Position numbers and translations under genes: made by a program. The notes under the pieces were generated by a model, which had not been told where the DNA came from, did no database searches, and saw only the letters and a list, made by a program, of their open reading frames with translations. A stretch of DNA of 32,000 nt from Candidatus Saganbacteria bacterium (GTDB lineage Bacteria > Margulisbacteria > WOR-1 > JAKLHX01), in assembly GCA_026387835.1 (NCBI GenBank), contig JAPLKZ010000010.1:146379-178378 (forward strand), in the 5' to 3' direction. Positions 28,245 to 32,000 of this stretch are shown here, in pieces; the first letter of the stretch is position 1, and each line of letters opens with the position of its first letter.

Positions 28245-29309
28245 ATGTTCCTGCTAGCCATCGAAACATCCTGCGACGAGACTTCCGCTGCTGTTGTCGA
28301 GGATGGTACGAAAATATTATCTAATATCGTTTCCTCGCAGACCGAATTCCACAAAAAATACGGCGGGATAGTTCCTGAAATTGCATCGCGCAAGCATATC
28401 GAATCAATAAGCGCTGTCATAAAAGAAGCTATGGATAAATCGGGCGTTATGTTCAATAATATTAATGCGGTAGCCGTGACTTTCGGGCCAGGACTTCCGG
28501 GTTCACTTCTTGTCGGTCTCTCGGCCGCGAAAGCCATTTCCTATTCACTTAAGAAACCGCTTATCGGCGTAAATCATCTTGAAGGTCATATATATGCGAA
28601 TTTCTTAAACAGTCCTTCAGCCCCTCGACTCGCTACACTCGCTCGGGGCAAGCGCTTCAGCCTTCAGTCTTCAGCCTTTCCCTTCATCAGCCTCATCGTC
28701 TCCGGAGGTCATACTCAGATAGTTTTAGTCAAAGATCATTGTGAATACCGGACCATCGGCAGGACCCGCGATGACGCCGCAGGAGAAGCGTTTGATAAGG
28801 TATCCAGGTTTCTTGGCCTGGGATATCCTGGAGGGCCGATAATAGACAGGATCGCAAAGACCGCAGACCCGGGTGCCGTTGATTTCAAAAGACCGATGCT
28901 GGACGACGGTTATGACTTCAGCTTTAGCGGTATTAAAACAGCGGTCGTTTATTATGTCAAAAAACACTCCCCTCTCCCTGTCAAGGGAGAGGGGACGGGG
29001 GTGAGGGTTCACGATCTTGCCGCTTCTTTCCAGCAAGCCGTTATCGAAACCCTTGTTGAAAAAACTATCCGCGCAGCAAAAGAAAATAACGTAAAAACAA
29101 TAGCGCTTGCCGGAGGTGTCTCAGCTAACAGCCTTCTAAGAAAGATGATGAGTGAAAACTGCAAAAAGCAAGGGATCGTTTGCATTATCCCGCCATTGGA
29201 ACTTTGTACGGATAACGCAGCGATGATCGGATGCGCCGGATATTTCAGGTTGAAAAAGGGATATACTTCTGATTACAACCTGGCTATTTTATCCACTGCA
29301 AAACTATAA
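28245..29309 (+). CDS. tsaD: tRNA N6-adenosine threonylcarbamoyltransferase, with unusual internal insertions
   Basis: MFLLAIETSCDETSAAVVEDG, NHLEGHIYANFL, SLIVSGGHTQIVLV, GEAFDKVSRFLGLGYPGGP, ALAGGVSANSLLR, LCTDNAAMIGCAG. Confidence 0.95.
   Translation: MFLLAIETSCDETSAAVVEDGTKILSNIVSSQTEFHKKYGGIVPEIASRKHIESISAVIKEAMDKSGVMFNNINAVAVTFGPGLPGSLLVGLSAAKAISYSLKKPLIGVNHLEGHIYANFLNSPSAPRLATLARGKRFSLQSSAFPFISLIVSGGHTQIVLVKDHCEYRTIGRTRDDAAGEAFDKVSRFLGLGYPGGPIIDRIAKTADPGAVDFKRPMLDDGYDFSFSGIKTAVVYYVKKHSPLPVKGEGTGVRVHDLAASFQQAVIETLVEKTIRAAKENNVKTIALAGGVSANSLLRKMMSENCKKQGIVCIIPPLELCTDNAAMIGCAGYFRLKKGYTSDYNLAILSTAKL
28655..28675. repeat. heptanucleotide tandem repeat (x3) inside tsaD
   Basis: CTTCAGC CTTCAGT CTTCAGC. 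Confidence 0.75.
28969..28994. repeat. perfect 11-bp inverted repeat inside tsaD
   Basis: CCCCTCTCCCT-GTCA-AGGGAGAGGGG followed by ACGGGGGTGAGGG. Confidence 0.85.
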
Positions 29310-29423
29310 ATAATCTCTTTCTAATCCCTGCCCTTCCTTTTTCCGCTTGCCCTGAGCCTGATTTGTTCACCACTAAAATATAAATTACACGAAATTTCGA
29401 GCGGGAAATAACGATATTGAAGT

Positions 29424-30605
29424 ATGAACATGTCTAGACCTATCAAACCTGTTGTCAGATCGCCATTACCCTCAATGGTTGTTTTGAAAGAGGATCTTTT
29501 GGCAAGAAGGGTACTTTATGGCCGACCGGCTGTTCGACCTTCTCAAGAAGCTGTCAACAATGCCATTTTAGAGGAAGAGGAAGGGTATTCGGGGTTGGAC
29601 CCGCGTAAACTAGACTTGATCGAAACCAACAGAAGGCCGATTATGGGAGCATTAAGAGCTGTTGAATTGCCGACCTTTCATGAATTTATCCCGCTAAACG
29701 CTGATTGCGTCGTTGAAATCGGAGCTGCCTCGAATTTCCTTTACAGGAACGTGCTGGATGAGCCGTTAAAAAGAATATGGAATCCGTTCGAAATAAACCT
29801 GGAAATTATTCGGACTAATAACCTGTTCGCACAACCTGGTATGATTCTGAGATCCGGTTCGGCCTACCGTCCGCTGTCTTCCGTGAAGGATGGCACCGCA
29901 GATGCCTGGGTAGGGCATTCTTCATATGATAGTATCGGTTTTTTGGAGATAGCTCTGCGTAATGCCGTGCGGTATCTGAAGCCCGGAGGAGTATTTATTC
30001 ATATCCAAGATGTTGTTCCCGCTAGTTTCCCTTCTCAGAGATATGTTCAATATTCATTGGGTGAAATGGATGTTAAATTACTTTCAATGGAATGCTTTTG
30101 CGGGAATAGCATTTTTCCCACAAAAGACGGGATCAATCCTCTTGATCCATATATTGATTTAAACGAGAGATTGATTGAAGCGATGAAAAAGAATGGATTG
30201 AATATCGTCAAGGATTCATTGGGAATTGGCGTATGGGTAGGCCCACGGGAAGATAGGCATGACTCTGACAAGAGAGATCTTGAAAAAAATTATTTCTTAT
30301 GGAATAAAGGCAAGCTTTTCTGTGCTGAAACGCTAATTTCTGAGGATGATAATCCGCCGCTCAAAGCCTTCTTGTGTGCACTAAAAAAAAATTCATCCAT
30401 TACGTTAATTGAAGACAAAAAAATAAGCTGGTCCTCGTTTTTAGCACTTATGAGGGGACGGAAGCGTTCCACTGTTCGATTAGAGCCTCATTCATACAGT
30501 GTCGACATGGATCATCCTGTAATTATATATCCTGCAAGTCTTCTTAAACAAGCCGGATTCGTTCAGGAAATTTTTATGGCTGATATCGTTGTTGGAACAA
30601 AGTAA
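29424..30605 (+). CDS. hypothetical protein, class I SAM-dependent methyltransferase-like
   Basis: 393 aa; CVVEIGAASNFLYRNVL and NAVRYLKPGGVFIHIQDVVP resemble motif I and the post-motif region of Rossmann methyltransferases. Confidence 0.6.
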   Translation: MNMSRPIKPVVRSPLPSMVVLKEDLLARRVLYGRPAVRPSQEAVNNAILEEEEGYSGLDPRKLDLIETNRRPIMGALRAVELPTFHEFIPLNADCVVEIGAASNFLYRNVLDEPLKRIWNPFEINLEIIRTNNLFAQPGMILRSGSAYRPLSSVKDGTADAWVGHSSYDSIGFLEIALRNAVRYLKPGGVFIHIQDVVPASFPSQRYVQYSLGEMDVKLLSMECFCGNSIFPTKDGINPLDPYIDLNERLIEAMKKNGLNIVKDSLGIGVWVGPREDRHDSDKRDLEKNYFLWNKGKLFCAETLISEDDNPPLKAFLCALKKNSSITLIEDKKISWSSFLALMRGRKRSTVRLEPHSYSVDMDHPVIIYPASLLKQAGFVQEIFMADIVVGTK

Positions 30606-30650
30606 AATATATTTTGCAGATCTTTGGCGGCCGAAGGGTTGGGGTGAGGG

Positions 30651-31589
30651 CTACTTTACTTCCATCTCCGCAAGTAATTTCGATATTGCCCCGGCAAATT
30701 CCTTAGTCTCCGGCTTTAAGAGGTCTTCGAAGCTATAGGCTGCTCTTCCTTTTTGGAAAGAGAGCCGTATTTCCTGGGAGTAGAACATTTCCAGGGTCTT
30801 TTCGGAGTTTTCCTCTATCAGTCTTGCGAGCATCTTGGCTATTGAATTTTTATCAGAATATGAGAAACATAACGAAAATGTTTTGAATTCAACAGAATTC
30901 CCGTTCAATTGATCGATATATGAGGAAATGTCATCCGAAGAATAGAAATATTTGCCTTTCTCAAACGGCACTCCGTATGAAACCATCATCTTTTTTAGGT
31001 CTTCCATGCTTCTTTCCATCATTTTCACGGTCTCCGACGGCGGGTAGATCACATAACGCTTCCACAGAGAACCGTTGAGCATCGCAAAAGCCCATCCTGT
31101 CCTGTTGTAAGCCCTGGCAAAATACAGAACCCCGAGGCTTTGCGAAGATATCTGGAGTCGCTTTTCCGAGTTGTAATTTGATGCTGTCGTCAGGACTTGC
31201 TGGATCCATTTATCCGCGTCGCTGAACAACTTGATCTGCCTGTATAGCTCAATGACCGATCCTTCGACGTAACGGTTGGTGATTATCCCCTTCCTGTATG
31301 CTGACGCGATATAGAACGGAAATACCAACGATGCGGTCCTGTTATCGACATTGCTGCTGTTCAACATTTTATCCGCAATAGCAAGGACAGAATTATATGC
31401 GTACAGCGAGTTCTCAAGAGTGTCCATATTCTCGCGCATGAGGGCTTTGTAATAGACGCTTTTGATCAGGTTTATCTTTGAGGCCACCGACGCTTCGGGT
31501 GAAGTGACCGAAATGATTTCTTCCGTGGGAGCCGCGATCGAAACGCCAGCGCACACAATCATCAGTAGAATGATAAGTGTTTTTTTCAT
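30651..31589 (-). CDS. hypothetical secreted protein
   Basis: Start placed at ATG 31589 giving signal peptide MKKTLIILLMIVCAGVSIAAPTEE; the rest looks helical with no recognised domain. Confidence 0.7.
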   Translation of the reverse strand: MKKTLIILLMIVCAGVSIAAPTEEIISVTSPEASVASKINLIKSVYYKALMRENMDTLENSLYAYNSVLAIADKMLNSSNVDNRTASLVFPFYIASAYRKGIITNRYVEGSVIELYRQIKLFSDADKWIQQVLTTASNYNSEKRLQISSQSLGVLYFARAYNRTGWAFAMLNGSLWKRYVIYPPSETVKMMERSMEDLKKMMVSYGVPFEKGKYFYSSDDISSYIDQLNGNSVEFKTFSLCFSYSDKNSIAKMLARLIEENSEKTLEMFYSQEIRLSFQKGRAAYSFEDLLKPETKEFAGAISKLLAEMEVK

Positions 31590-31656
31590 TTTAACTCTTA
31601 ATTTATTCATAATATCACAAATAGAAATGCACAGTAAAGTATTATATAATTGGGTC

Positions 31657-31971
31657 ATGAGCGTCTCGAAAAAAGACACGCAGTACGTTGCGCTTCTTGC
31701 AAGGCTTGGCTTGTCGGAAGATGAAGAAGTATCTTTCGCAAAACAGCTTAACGATATTCTCGGCTATATCGATATAATAAATTCCGCGGACACAAAGACC
31801 GTTTCACCTGCGGCACACACGCAGCTGACCGGATCGATACAAGAAAAAAAGACCCCGATGAGGGATGACAAGGCTTTTCCGTATAAAGACACAAAAAAAA
31901 TACTGGACATTGCTCCTCACGTTGAAAACAATATGTTCCGTGTCCCCAGGATCCTTGAAACGGAAGAATAA
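31657..31971 (+). CDS. gatC: Asp-tRNA(Asn)/Glu-tRNA(Gln) amidotransferase subunit C
   Basis: VALLARLGLSEDEEVSFAKQLNDILGYIDIINSADT...MRDDKAFPYKDTKKILDIAPHVENNMFRVPRILE. Confidence 0.9.
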   Translation: MSVSKKDTQYVALLARLGLSEDEEVSFAKQLNDILGYIDIINSADTKTVSPAAHTQLTGSIQEKKTPMRDDKAFPYKDTKKILDIAPHVENNMFRVPRILETEE

Positions 31972-31976
31972 CAAAA

Positions 31977-32000
31977 ATGAACCTGTATAATCTGACGGCT
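31977..32000 (+). CDS. gatA: start of the next CDS, probably amidotransferase subunit A (truncated)
   Basis: ATG at 31977 encodes MNLYNLTA up to the window edge, directly after gatC. The call rests mainly on gene context. Confidence 0.5.

Noticed and set aside
28120-28245. Weak hairpin GCCTT-TTT-AAGGC as a terminator after the amide hydrolase gene
   Set aside because: Only a 5-bp stem with no T-tract after it; insufficient to call.
1-32000. CRISPR arrays, tRNA/rRNA genes, transposases and phage genes
   Set aside because: Looked for regularly spaced repeats, cloverleaf-like sequences and recombinase-like ORFs; none recognised by eye. tRNAscan-SE and Infernal would be needed for certainty.

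Overview
This 32 kb window comes from the chromosome of a bacterium I cannot place taxonomically. Most of it is ordinary core gene content: an NSS transporter, DUF2156, HisG, SSB, LCP, an M50-CBS protease, DJ-1/PfpI, PolX, FtsZ, FtsQ, Ddl, GNAT, QueF, Fba, TrkH/TrkA, PurC, a response regulator/histidine kinase pair, a choloylglycine hydrolase-like protein, TsaD, GatC and the start of GatA. No CRISPR array, rRNA, tRNA or transposase was recognised. The parts that stand out are: (1) a minus-strand block at 1-5724 of unassigned proteins, two with canonical EF-hand loops, one of which has an ~88-aa internal duplication; (2) a 400-bp intergenic region in that block holding two related hairpin-forming repeats that differ by paired (compensatory) changes, one carrying a nested 19-nt palindromic insertion; (3) a tiny MetS-like ORF translationally coupled to the NSS transporter; (4) four direct half-sites at exact 11-bp spacing just upstream of a -10-like box, between an OmpR-type regulator and two divergent small secreted Lys-rich proteins; (5) tsaD carrying two apparent in-frame insertions of repeat/palindromic DNA; (6) three degenerate heptanucleotide tandem repeats at unrelated loci; (7) a ddl-ftsQ-ftsZ cluster without ftsA. 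None of these has been checked against a database.
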